From contig CAVSBO010000004.1 in assembly GCA_963726195.1 (NCBI GenBank), positions 64,001 to 128,000 of the forward strand: a stretch of DNA of 64,000 bases, read 5' to 3'. The translations under genes and the position numbers were made by a program. This DNA is from Candidatus Thorarchaeota archaeon. Its GTDB lineage: Archaea > Asgardarchaeota > Thorarchaeia > Thorarchaeales > Thorarchaeaceae. This document shows, in pieces, positions 43,051-52,057 of the stretch (positions are counted from its first letter, which is position 1; each line of letters begins with the position of its first letter). The notes beneath the pieces are model-generated. The model saw nothing but the letters and a program-made list of their open reading frames with translations. It made no database searches and was not told where the DNA came from.

Positions 43051-43257
43051 GCGAGCTCTCGGGATTCGACCTTGGGATGTGAGTTCCTATGCCGGTGAAG
43101 GTGGTCTGGGCGAGGAAGGAGGACAGACGCGGAGTGATAACCGATTTTTGGTTCGAACCGGCTGACGGCTGGAAACCGCTCTCCGATGAATGCAGAGAAG
43201 GAACGAATCAAGGAACTCTGCGCGCCAGTTTATGAATGGGTGAAGACCCTCAAGTAA
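43051..43257 (+). repeat. Displaced 3' fragment of DUF35 gene, copy 2 (close to the resident gene)
   Basis: Hand alignment of 43070-43257 to 38521-38708 gives about 10 substitutions and 4 indels. Confidence 0.95.
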
Positions 43258-43267
43258 TCATTTCGTT

Positions 43268-43295
43268 GAGTCAGCAGATACTCCACTGCTGGCTC
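43268..43295. terminator. 10-bp hairpin after DUF35 copy 2, between convergent units
   Basis: gagtcagcag / ctgctggctc. Confidence 0.4.
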
Positions 43296-43432
43296 CGCTT
43301 CATCTTGTCCCGGACGAGATACCTACGACGTTAGGGCGACTGGTGCAATAAACCAACACTGAGTCCCGGACAAGGACTATCGAAGGGTAGGGCAGGCACT
43401 GACGGGCTACCATAGTTTCTGCAGTACAGACT

Positions 43433-43815
43433 CTAGATGGAGTATGAATGCATTCTCATCCACTCTGCAAGCTCTGTGGGTGCCATCTCTCCCTGAGCGA
43501 CTCTTCTGACAGTAGTCTCAGCGTTTTCTGTCGATGCATTGAGTCCAAAACCATTGAGCAGTAAGAAAACCCTGGCTGCTGTCCAACCAGTCCTCTTATT
43601 CCCATCCACGAAGGGATGACGTATCACGATGCAGTGCATAAGTGCAGCGGCCTTGACCACACGGATTTGCCAGTTTCAGTACCGAAAACTGGCATCATGG
43701 GAAGTGCGACGCAGTTCTCCAATGATTCCTCGGATAGGATACCTGCTTCGCCGCCAAAGTCCATGATCATCCTGTCGTGAATCCGGAGTATCTCATCAAA
43801 GCTGAGATATCGCAA
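43433..43815 (-). CDS. doc: Doc-family (Fic) toxin (frameshift ~43660)
   Basis: YLSFDEILRIH; HPFVDGNKRT. Confidence 0.85.
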
Positions 43816-43840
43816 GCGAATCTAAGTCCTTATTCAGAGG

Positions 43841-44006
43841 CTATTGTGCTAACCGTCGTAAGAGTTGTGCATCTTCCTTCGTGATGTCGTCCAGCGCCTC
43901 ATCGAACGTGGCGTTGAACTCCTTTCCCCGAGGCTTTATCCGCAGAGTCGGAGGATGGTTTGGTCGAGTCTCTCTCCAGGAAGTCGTATCCTCTCCAGTA
44001 GACCAT
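43841..44006 (-). CDS. Putative Doc antitoxin (not in the ORF track; 1-base indel after ATG)
   Basis: GAGGAGGTG RBS; ...KEFNATFDEALDDITKEDAQLLRRLAQ*. Confidence 0.55.
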
Positions 44007-44108
44007 ACACCTCCTCAGAGACCGAGATTCTCTTTGTGGTCATTAAGGCCAGACCTCAGCGATACATTCGTTCTGATTGATATAAGGCTGTAGATTGAGT
44101 GAATGTGT

Positions 44109-44358
44109 ACGTATGTGGTCAAGGATGGGTGCAAGACCGCAGTAGCAAACGAGCTTAGAGGCGAGAAACCGTGGGATCCTGATTTCAACATGCCCGTGAA
44201 GGTAGTCTGGGCGCCGAAGCAGGATAGACGCAGCGTGATCACTGATTCCCACTTCGAGCCAGCAGACTGCCAGAAGCAGGGGCTCAATGATCTCGGAGAA
44301 AGAGCGAATCAAGGAGCTTTGTTTGCCCGTCTATGAGTGGGTAAAGACTCTCAAGTGA
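44109..44358 (+). repeat. Displaced 3' fragment of DUF35 gene, copy 3 (more diverged)
   Basis: YVVKDGCKTAVANELRGEKPWDPDFNMPVKVVW...KELCLPVYEWVKTLK*. Confidence 0.92.
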
Positions 44359-44547
44359 AAACAGGGGCGTCGGCAGACATGTCGCTGCTGACTGCCCACT
44401 TCTCCCCGATGAGGACGCCTTCCTCCAGAACGCCAACACATGAACATACTCCTTTGTCACGAGATAAGATCGGAGCAATCGCCCCAAGATTCTTTAGCTG
44501 GACCGAGCATCAAGAAGGATTGTTTTAAGAAAAGGAGATGGCGATCA

Positions 44548-44916
44548 TTGCCAAGAGTGAATTACTTTGAGTTTGTGGCCGATAACCCTGAGAGAGCGAA
44601 GAAGTTCTATCAGAGCGTGTTTGGTTGGAAAATCGAGAAGTGGAAGGGCCCAATAGAGTACTGGCTTGTGACAACAGGCGTCGCAAACGAACCCGGCATA
44701 GACGGAGGTTTCCTCAAGAGGCAGAGTCCACAGGATGTATCTGTTAACTTCATCGAAGTGTCTGACGTCGACAAGTACACGAAGCTCATAGAGAAGTCCG
44801 GCGGAACCATCGTACACCCCAAGCAGGCAGTCCCGGGTGTTGGCTGGATGGTCTACTTCAAAGACCCCGAGGGCAACGCTTGGGGTATGATGCAGAATGA
44901 TCGGTCGGCCAAGTAG
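44548..44916 (+). CDS. VOC/glyoxalase family protein
   Basis: YFEFVADNPERAKKFYQSVFGW...FKDPEGN. Confidence 0.9.
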   Translation: MPRVNYFEFVADNPERAKKFYQSVFGWKIEKWKGPIEYWLVTTGVANEPGIDGGFLKRQSPQDVSVNFIEVSDVDKYTKLIEKSGGTIVHPKQAVPGVGWMVYFKDPEGNAWGMMQNDRSAK

Positions 44917-45293
44917 TCGTACTTCGGGCTATGATCACAGGTTGCAGTCGATTACAGATGAGCACAGACCCGGAAACATCGGATCTTGAAGGCGGTAGAT
45001 TCTTGCACACCGTCACGTTCAGGGCCCTTCAAGAGTCCTTACCTTTGTCCCTTGCTCGCTACTATCCGCCATGTCATGGCACACTGTCGAGAAAGGTCAG
45101 AAATACCTTGCGCTGAGCACAATAGTGGACCACTTCCCGACAACTCAGAGGAGGGTGCGAAGCCACGGCTCCGAATCGCGAGAAATAGCGAATCTAGTCC
45201 TTCCGCTAACCCGAAGCTACTCAAACGATGAGCATTTATCGTGAAAGGCACGTAGTTCTGCTAGCCCGTTGAAGTTCATCTGTGAGGTAAGTC

Positions 45294-45524
45294 TTGACGA
45301 TGCGAATCGATTACGACCCCGTTGCGGATGCCGTCTACTTTCATTTTAGGACTGCCGCTGTTGCAGACAGTGTGGAGATACGCGAGGGAGTAGTAGTAGA
45401 CTACGATGCCGACGGCAGTATTTGTGGCATTGAGATTCTCTCATACTCGAGACGCAACATGGATCTTAACCATCTCATAACCCTCCGAGAGGAGGAAATC
45501 GTCGCTGAGGTCGCCGTTGTTTGA
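45294..45524 (+). CDS. DUF2283 protein (putative antitoxin)
   Basis: YDPVADAVY...DYDADGSICGIEIL. Confidence 0.85.
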   Translation: MTMRIDYDPVADAVYFHFRTAAVADSVEIREGVVVDYDADGSICGIEILSYSRRNMDLNHLITLREEEIVAEVAVV

Positions 45525-45759
45525 TCCTATTCACAAGGCACGCCTTGGAGCGGATGAAACAGAGAGGCGTTACCAGAGTGAAGTTGAGGCGGTCGTTGTT
45601 GGCGAGGCAATCACTGCTGTCGCAGATGGTAGTGGAAATCTAGTAGTGCAGAAAAGATTCAGGAATCGGATCCTTCGTGTGCACTTCCGTATTGTGAACG
45701 GCGACAGGCTCATTGTGACAGCATACTGGACCTCGAAGCTGAAGAAGTATCCGGCGTAG
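45517..45759 (+). CDS. DUF4258/RelE-like putative toxin (N-terminus possibly degraded)
   Basis: LRVHF...LIVTAYWTSK; overlaps the DUF2283 stop. Confidence 0.65.
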   Translation: MFDPIHKARLGADETERRYQSEVEAVVVGEAITAVADGSGNLVVQKRFRNRILRVHFRIVNGDRLIVTAYWTSKLKKYPA

Positions 45760-45887
45760 AATGACAGGCGCAGAGCCTCTCGCCCTTCGATTATACGGCA
45801 ATCAAGATGAGCACTTGGATCCGCCTGCATGTTGAGAAATGAATTTAGGCTACCAGTGGACTCGTTCTTTGGTCAGATGGTGACGAC

Positions 45888-46355
45888 ATGAGCGCATCTT
45901 CTCCTCTAGACGAATGGCTTTTCCTCATTGGCACTTGGAAGGGCAAAGCGAAAGGGGGTCAGTTCGGCGAGAAAGACACGATTGAAGGCAACGCTGTCTT
46001 TTCGAGTGAGCCCGGTGCTATGTTTATCATGAGTACAGGTGAGAACTGGTCCGGAGGTCAGCTTCTCCACAAGAACATCAGCATCATGTTCTATGATGAC
46101 GTCGCAAGGAAGTTCAGGCGCAAGACCTTCTTCTCATATGGATTTGTCAACAACGAAGTGGAATGTGCAAGAACCAAGAACGAGATAACATTCGACATTA
46201 CTATGGAGCCATTGCCCAAGCAATTCGAGGGGACCAAGTGGCGTTCCTACATGAGAAAGATATCTGACACCAAGATAGCCACGGGACTTCAGACATCAAA
46301 AGAGGGGAAGGAATTCAAGTCCTACGGTGAATCAATACTTGAGAAACAAAAATAG
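45888..46355 (+). CDS. Beta-barrel (lipocalin/FABP-like) hypothetical protein
   Basis: FLIGTWKG signature, beta-rich. Confidence 0.6.
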   Translation: MSASSPLDEWLFLIGTWKGKAKGGQFGEKDTIEGNAVFSSEPGAMFIMSTGENWSGGQLLHKNISIMFYDDVARKFRRKTFFSYGFVNNEVECARTKNEITFDITMEPLPKQFEGTKWRSYMRKISDTKIATGLQTSKEGKEFKSYGESILEKQK

Positions 46356-46477
46356 GAAGATATGGAAGGACTTGTTCTCAGTGACCAGTACAACTGATTC
46401 CATGAGCGCAAGACACAATGTCCTCTTGCTGCTCTGAATGCAAAGTCCATTCTGTGGTCGTCGGAGGATATTGAGAG

Positions 46478-46897
46478 TTACTTGAGCGATCTACTCACTG
46501 AGGTAATGAAGTCCTTCAAGTCCTTGATTGCAGAAATGGCACTCTCGTGAACGATAGTGGGGTCTACGTCCAGATACATATGGACCAATACGTTCCTCAA
46601 CTTCACGAGCTCTATGAGTCTCCCTGCGAGTGCCGAACTGATGATACGGTTCTGTCCGATAATCTTCACCGCATCAATGTATGATTCCGGTGTTCCCCAA
46701 TGGTTGTGGGCCACAAGGTGAGTTGAGATATCAATTACGGCTTGGGCTGCCAACTGCAGATTCCTCTCAGTTGCGCCTTGGAGCACTTGGTCAGATAGGA
46801 ACCCTTCCCGGTCAGTCGAAGCCGCGACCTTTAGCACCTCAACTGCTCTGGCAATTCTGTCCAATCGGAGCCTTATGACAAGCGGGTCTACTGTCAC
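46478..46897 (-). CDS. hepT: HepT-like HEPN RNase toxin (DUF86)
   Basis: ERNLQLAAQAVIDI; RNVLVHMY = R-x4-H-x-Y. Confidence 0.88.
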   Translation of the reverse strand: MTVDPLVIRLRLDRIARAVEVLKVAASTDREGFLSDQVLQGATERNLQLAAQAVIDISTHLVAHNHWGTPESYIDAVKIIGQNRIISSALAGRLIELVKLRNVLVHMYLDVDPTIVHESAISAIKDLKDFITSVSRSLK

Positions 46898-46902
46898 CCA
46901 GA

Positions 46903-47313
46903 CTACGCCTCCAGAGACTCATTCAGGTAGTTCTCAATGTAGGTTTTCCAGTCCGGATATAACGTGAGGACGGTCTCAACAAATCGTAGCCAGCATTCCT
47001 CATCTTTGACATAGAGCAGTTTTCCGTCCCTCACAACTCGAAAGCAGAGAGACAGAGGTGCTGAGTTAAGCAGTGTTATGTCTGTCTTCTGACCGGCCTC
47101 TGAGTCGAAAAGCCCCAAGAGATCTTTGAAGATGGGCGCCCATCGTTCCTCAGGACTGTGGACAAAAACCCCGATGTCCAAATCACTCATTGCATGAGTA
47201 TGGCCTGTTGCTGCAGAACCGAACAGAATGATGAAATCGACTTGGTCACCAAGCAAACCCAAGACCAATGTCACGATTGAGTCTAGTCGCTTCTTCAGTT
47301 CCAGGAGAACCAC
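46903..47313 (-). CDS. mntA: MNT nucleotidyltransferase antitoxin
   Basis: LFGSAATG...SDLDIGV. Confidence 0.88.
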   Translation of the reverse strand: MVLLELKKRLDSIVTLVLGLLGDQVDFIILFGSAATGHTHAMSDLDIGVFVHSPEERWAPIFKDLLGLFDSEAGQKTDITLLNSAPLSLCFRVVRDGKLLYVKDEECWLRFVETVLTLYPDWKTYIENYLNESLEA

Positions 47314-47640
47314 ACTCCTACGTGCTCGGGATTCTGTCCTGCGCGTCTGTATTTATGCACGGCGGTTATGCTTGCTCGTCCACTCGTCTGCCGGCAGTAG
47401 TAGTATGCTGGTTCCGATAGTAGGATCTCACATAGTCCATGTATGACGTCAGTCAACCAACGGTTAAGACATCTTGGTCAGGCTCACGTATTGGAGCGTA
47501 AGTGAAGCGAAAGAATGTCAATTGAATCACCACCTCTCGTAATGGCTGACTACATATTACGAAGCTTATCTGCCGATGACAAGCGGCCAGATGCCCGTAG
47601 CATAGCCTTCCTACAGAGCTCGTCCTTCAAGGGTATGCAA

Positions 47641-47820
47641 CAGCTGCGTAGAAGCTGGACAATCTTGGACATTTTCGAGTAGGGGCTTAAATAGCTTGAA
47701 CCAGACTGCTCTTTGAGGCTAACTCGACACACACCAGCCTCAAGGAGTGCGACCCCAGTGCCGTTTCTGGGAGGGCAAAGACTCCTGTGTCCAACTTTGT
47801 CCAACTCACAATGAACGGTA
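47641..47820 (+). repeat. Structured intergenic element, copy B
   Basis: Homologous to 24135-24317, same orientation. Confidence 0.8.
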
Positions 47821-47833
47821 TCAACTCAATGAT

Positions 47834-48151
47834 TCAGGTCATCGCTACGAAATCGGTACACCTTAAGCCGGGCGCTATCTCCACCGCGCTGCTTTCGTGT
47901 ACTGGTTCCATGTCGCTGGCTATCTTGTGGATTCTCTTGACGACCAGAATCTTGGTCTCACCTAGTGGCGCCACTTCCAGCTGAACTGTATCACCTATGT
48001 CGAAATCATCGCGGTCAGTGTAGGCATCGATCTTAACCTTCACCACAGTCCTGTTTTCTGTTTCCACAGCAATGAATCCGTACAGCGCGGGCGGATTGCC
48101 GAACCGACCGAGCTGACTCGATACTACGACACCACTTAGTATTGTGTTCAT
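47834..48151 (-). CDS. Small OB-fold-like hypothetical protein
   Basis: G.V...YGFIAVE...IGDTVQLEV. Confidence 0.55.
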   Translation of the reverse strand: MNTILSGVVVSSQLGRFGNPPALYGFIAVETENRTVVKVKIDAYTDRDDFDIGDTVQLEVAPLGETKILVVKRIHKIASDMEPVHESSAVEIAPGLRCTDFVAMT

Positions 48152-48293
48152 CTCAGTATCACCATTAACTATAGTGAATTCGACCTTTATACACTATTTG
48201 AAAGCGGATGTGAACCACGAGCCAACCTTCAGCAAGTGATGCGTGTGATGCCTGCTGGTAATCTCGCGCAATACACGCGGAATCTCGCCTGCC

Positions 48294-49812
48294 TTACCAC
48301 AAGTAGGTGCCAAACAGCTGCATTATGACGACCTGAATGAAGACGAGGACCAGCAGCGTAATCTTCTCTCGTCGGTCGATTCCCGATCTCTCAATGTAGA
48401 CAAGCACCGGGATTAGTGCGAAGGGCAAGACGAACATGCAGATTCTTGCAGTCTCGCCCTTCTTTGGTGCTCCAGTTAGGAAGAGGAGCAACAGAGCCAA
48501 CAGGGATGAAAGGAAGAGGTTGTACTGTTTCTTGCTTGTCGGATCTTTGGATACATCAGACCGCAGAATCTTGGCACCACGGTATGCAAGCACTGTCAGT
48601 ACCGGTCCGAAGAAGACCATGATATCCAGGATGTCTTCTGCTCTTGTCGACACGTAGTGACCAAGGCTGGACAATAGCATGAATCCTCCCGGGTTCTCTG
48701 AGGTGGTTGCATATTCGAAAGCCTGAACGTAGTTGAAGTCCAAGGAGAACAGAAGGAAGACGTATGCCAACGCAACAACTACACAGACAGCGACGAGATA
48801 ACGTACGGAGTATAGGATTTCCTTGAGCCAAGCAATGGTGCCCTTCGACCTGTCGAATCCTGTCTGGAGTCAGCTCGAAGATGAGCAGAAGCATCACCAC
48901 GTACACAAACAGGAAGGAAATGAAGGTTCCCAAGAAGAGACAGACGATGGTCCCTGCGAGCCTCGCCTTCACGTTCGGCTGAAGGTAGAAGTAGACCGTT
49001 CCGGCCACCAATGTGGCTACCACCGCATAGATGTTCGCCAGATAGTAGACTTGAACGGCTGGGAGAATGAGGAACAGAAACGAACCGTATCTAGAGGCCT
49101 CAGATCCAATCAGTCGATTGTAGATTCCCCTGACAAAGAACACCGAGGCGAGCGAGCATACTACGGCGAGAGCTATCGCGATAGCCCCTGCACTTTGAAA
49201 TAGCACATAGAACATGTAGATGGTCAACACTGCACCGGGCGGCTGAGTCACTGCATGCAACGACAGTGTCCCCTGAATTGAGTTGAAGCTGGCTATGAAC
49301 TGCAACGGGTTCAGAATCCGTACTGCGTCGGTAAGCAATTCAGAGCCGCCGCCAATTGCCGACACGATGGAACTCCAGCCCTGAATCAGGTTTGTGGCAA
49401 CCATGAGACCGATGCCTAGCGGAACCAGCAGTGCTGATCTCGGTATGTTTGAGTTGTTTCGCCTAAGAGCGTATGCAAACGTTCCGAATCCACCAAGCAA
49501 TGCACCGGCAAAAGCGATTTTTCCGAGCGACGGTGATACAAGGCTGCCCCACAGCGGCCATAAGTTGAAACCGAACATGCCCATGCCGGGCCGCACGAAG
49601 GCTCCCCCGTCTGGCGCTGGGCCTCCGAAGTTTCGGCCTGGCGGTCCTCCGAAGGATACGGAACCGCTGAACAGGTAGTAAAGAGAGACTACTACAGCAA
49701 CTCCCGCAATCATCATGAAATAGCCCTTGATGTGGTCTGAGTCTAGAAGCTTAGGATGTCTGGGTTCATCGTTAGTTGTCTCAGTCAACACTATCACAAT
49801 CCACAATCTCAT
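48294..49812 (-). CDS. Polytopic membrane protein, GT-C glycosyltransferase-like (frameshifts ~48790-48850)
   Basis: HAVTQPPG loop, GETARI motif, many TM helices. Confidence 0.6.
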
Positions 49813-49910
49813 GTGTTCGTCCTATTGTCATTGCACCTGGGCGTCAAACAGGATATAACGAATGGCCGACTTCGAGCCAGAATCATGCCCAAATCGTGCC
49901 CGCATTTCCT

Positions 49911-50342
49911 TCATTCAAAGCTGAGGTACAGCAGTACGATGAGGGCGAATGTGCAGAACAGGTCTGGGATAATCGCGAAGGGCCCGAGTCCAGTCTCATA
50001 GAAGCCGAACGAATAATGAATAATCGGGTTGGACGAGAGTGCATACATGAGGAGCACCAGAACCATGATAATAAGGCCCAGCGTGAAACGAGACCTGACT
50101 TTGCGATAGGTGCCCACGTATATCCAGAGTAGAGATAGTATCAGAGCCAAGTTGACAAAAGATACCACTGTCTTGATGGCAACTAGCTGGATTGTCTCTG
50201 CAGCCTGCGGAGGAGGTAGTGGCGGAAAGGGTGTGCCCGGACGAGGGAGGAACGATGCCGAGAGCGCCAGTCCTACGAAACCGGCGATTATGACTGATAT
50301 GACTATGCACAACATGAAGGCATTCTGTTTCATTTCACTCAA
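49911..50342 (-). CDS. 4-TM membrane protein
   Basis: NLALILSLLWIY...SRFTLGL; follows the ArsR-like gene. Confidence 0.7.
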   Translation of the reverse strand: MSEMKQNAFMLCIVISVIIAGFVGLALSASFLPRPGTPFPPLPPPQAAETIQLVAIKTVVSFVNLALILSLLWIYVGTYRKVRSRFTLGLIIMVLVLLMYALSSNPIIHYSFGFYETGLGPFAIIPDLFCTFALIVLLYLSFE

Positions 50343-50351
50343 CTTCTCTTT

Positions 50352-50654
50352 TCATTCACCGCTTTTGCCAGTTTCCCCAAATCTCACCCAGATTTCGTTG
50401 AAGGAATCGTAGTCGTCCTCTAAGTCCTGTGACAGGAAGTAGATCATGCCGTACCCATCACCTTGGGTCACGAGCAATCGATTCTTGACCAAAACATCCA
50501 AGTGATGCCGTACCGTTTTGTAGTCGAGCCCCAGCATCTGAGCAATCTGGTTTGCATTAGCAGGCCTATCATGAAGCGTACTGATGATTCTGGCACGGTT
50601 GGCTCCACCTCGGGTCCCAGCGATAAGCCACCACAGTACCCGTTTCATGCTCAT
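50352..50654 (-). CDS. ArsR-like winged-helix regulator
   Basis: WWLIAGTRGG.NRARII...NANQIA..LGLDYKTVRHHL. Confidence 0.88.
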   Translation of the reverse strand: MSMKRVLWWLIAGTRGGANRARIISTLHDRPANANQIAQMLGLDYKTVRHHLDVLVKNRLLVTQGDGYGMIYFLSQDLEDDYDSFNEIWVRFGETGKSGE

Positions 50655-50793
50655 GATATTCAAGCGAGGGCCTATGTTTCCGGTATTAAGTTCTTTTAGA
50701 CCACGCCGATCGACAAGAGCAGACAATGACTCGTCACGAACAGAATATAGAAATAGGCCCTCATCGCAGTCCACGATTCGTGGCGAGAACCTG

Positions 50794-51919
50794 ATGACCG
50801 TGCATGAAAGTAAGAAAGCATCTATCCCACGCACGTACTTTGCAATTGCTGTATCTGACGTTCATCTCGGTTACAAGAAGAGTGACCGTGACGCATTCAA
50901 GGCGTTCGTCTATGATTTCCTACCAAAGCAAAGTGTCGATCACTTTGTCATGATGGGCGACATCCTTGACCTGTGGACACGGGACGATGACAAGTTATTG
51001 AAAGAAGTCAGTGGCCTACTTGAGCAGCTTTCCTCACTTAAGGAAGAAGGAAGAATCGGCGTCATTGACTATGTAATTGGGAACCACGACTACGTCATTG
51101 AAAGTCATAAGGCCAAATTCCCCGTGCTCAATGCTTTCGATTTCAAGAGTCCGGCATCTGAACAACCGGCTTGGCTCCTCTTGGAACCTCCAAAGCAGAA
51201 GGGTACTCGAAAGAAGACGTATGGCTTCCTTCACGGGCACCAGCTTCTTGAGGGTCGTGCTGGAAAGACGTACGATGGCACCTGCCGATTCTTGTGCACT
51301 CAAGGAGACTTCAGAGGCTGGCTGTCACGTTTGCTCTTTGATGTCAGGAACTGGGTTCCGATTATCTTCGCGGCGGCATCACTCTTATTCTTGGCCCAGT
51401 CCAGATACTATTCGGCGTTGTTCGCAGCAATCATTGCTATCGCAACTGGCGTAACACTATTCAAGAGTCCTCCAAACCTAGAAGCTCATTTCCGCCAGTA
51501 GCTATGATGAGCAGATAGAAGAGCTGGTCAAGAGCATGCGATGGAGAGACCGACGCAAGCTTGTTCGATATTTGAAACAGTCTCCGGAAAAGAGAAGAGG
51601 TATGGAGCCTCTGCAATTGAAGGCGATTGAACGTGCTTACCACCCCGTTCGGCGCAAACTTTCTGACGTCAAGGTGCATGAGGCCCACACTGCGTTAAGC
51701 AAATCACTGGCAATGCCTCTGGATGAATCAGCGTACTCTGCGTTGGTCACTGCGGAGCATAGAGTGCTCGGACACACTCACAAGAAAGTCGAAGATCCAC
51801 ATTACACAAACTTGGGCTGTTGGGAGAAGAAAGCGCAGCATTGGTACTTCACCATTAGCGAGAACGGTGACTACCGTCTTGAGGAATGGAAGGTAGACAC
51901 CTCTTCGAAATCCAAATAG
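50794..51919 (+). CDS. Metallophosphoesterase (LpxH-like) with internal TM hairpin (frameshift ~51490)
   Basis: SDVHLG, GDILD, GNHD, HGH, GHTH, NLGCW. Confidence 0.8.
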
Positions 51920-52057
51920 CAATCCAGAACTGGCGCTTGACGGGGGACGTCCGGTCTCCGTCCACCAGTCGAAGAGCAACATTCATTGGCCCTTATCAGC
52001 GGATTGAATGCAAAATCCCCTGTCAGGGTGTCACATCTTGGGTGTCGTCCTTCTGCG

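Noticed and set aside
43036-43072. tRNA fragment as att site (ggtcgaatcccg on the minus strand)
   Set aside because: No cloverleaf; the sequence is explained as the degenerate start of the DUF35 tail copy.
42579-43211. 210-aa ORF as a single protein
   Set aside because: It merges antisense repeat sequence, the operator, the XRE gene and the start of a membrane gene.
38521-43257. DGR template/variable repeat pair
   Set aside because: Differences are not adenine-specific, many are synonymous, and no reverse transcriptase is in the window.
45204-45274. Integron attC site (GCTAAC...GTTGAAG)
   Set aside because: The L boxes do not pair at canonical spacing, and the motif does not recur between the other genes.
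24135-47820. One 23.5-kb element bounded by attL/attR
   Set aside because: The interval holds core genes (panB, glnA, P-type ATPase), the copies are diverged, and there is no integrase.
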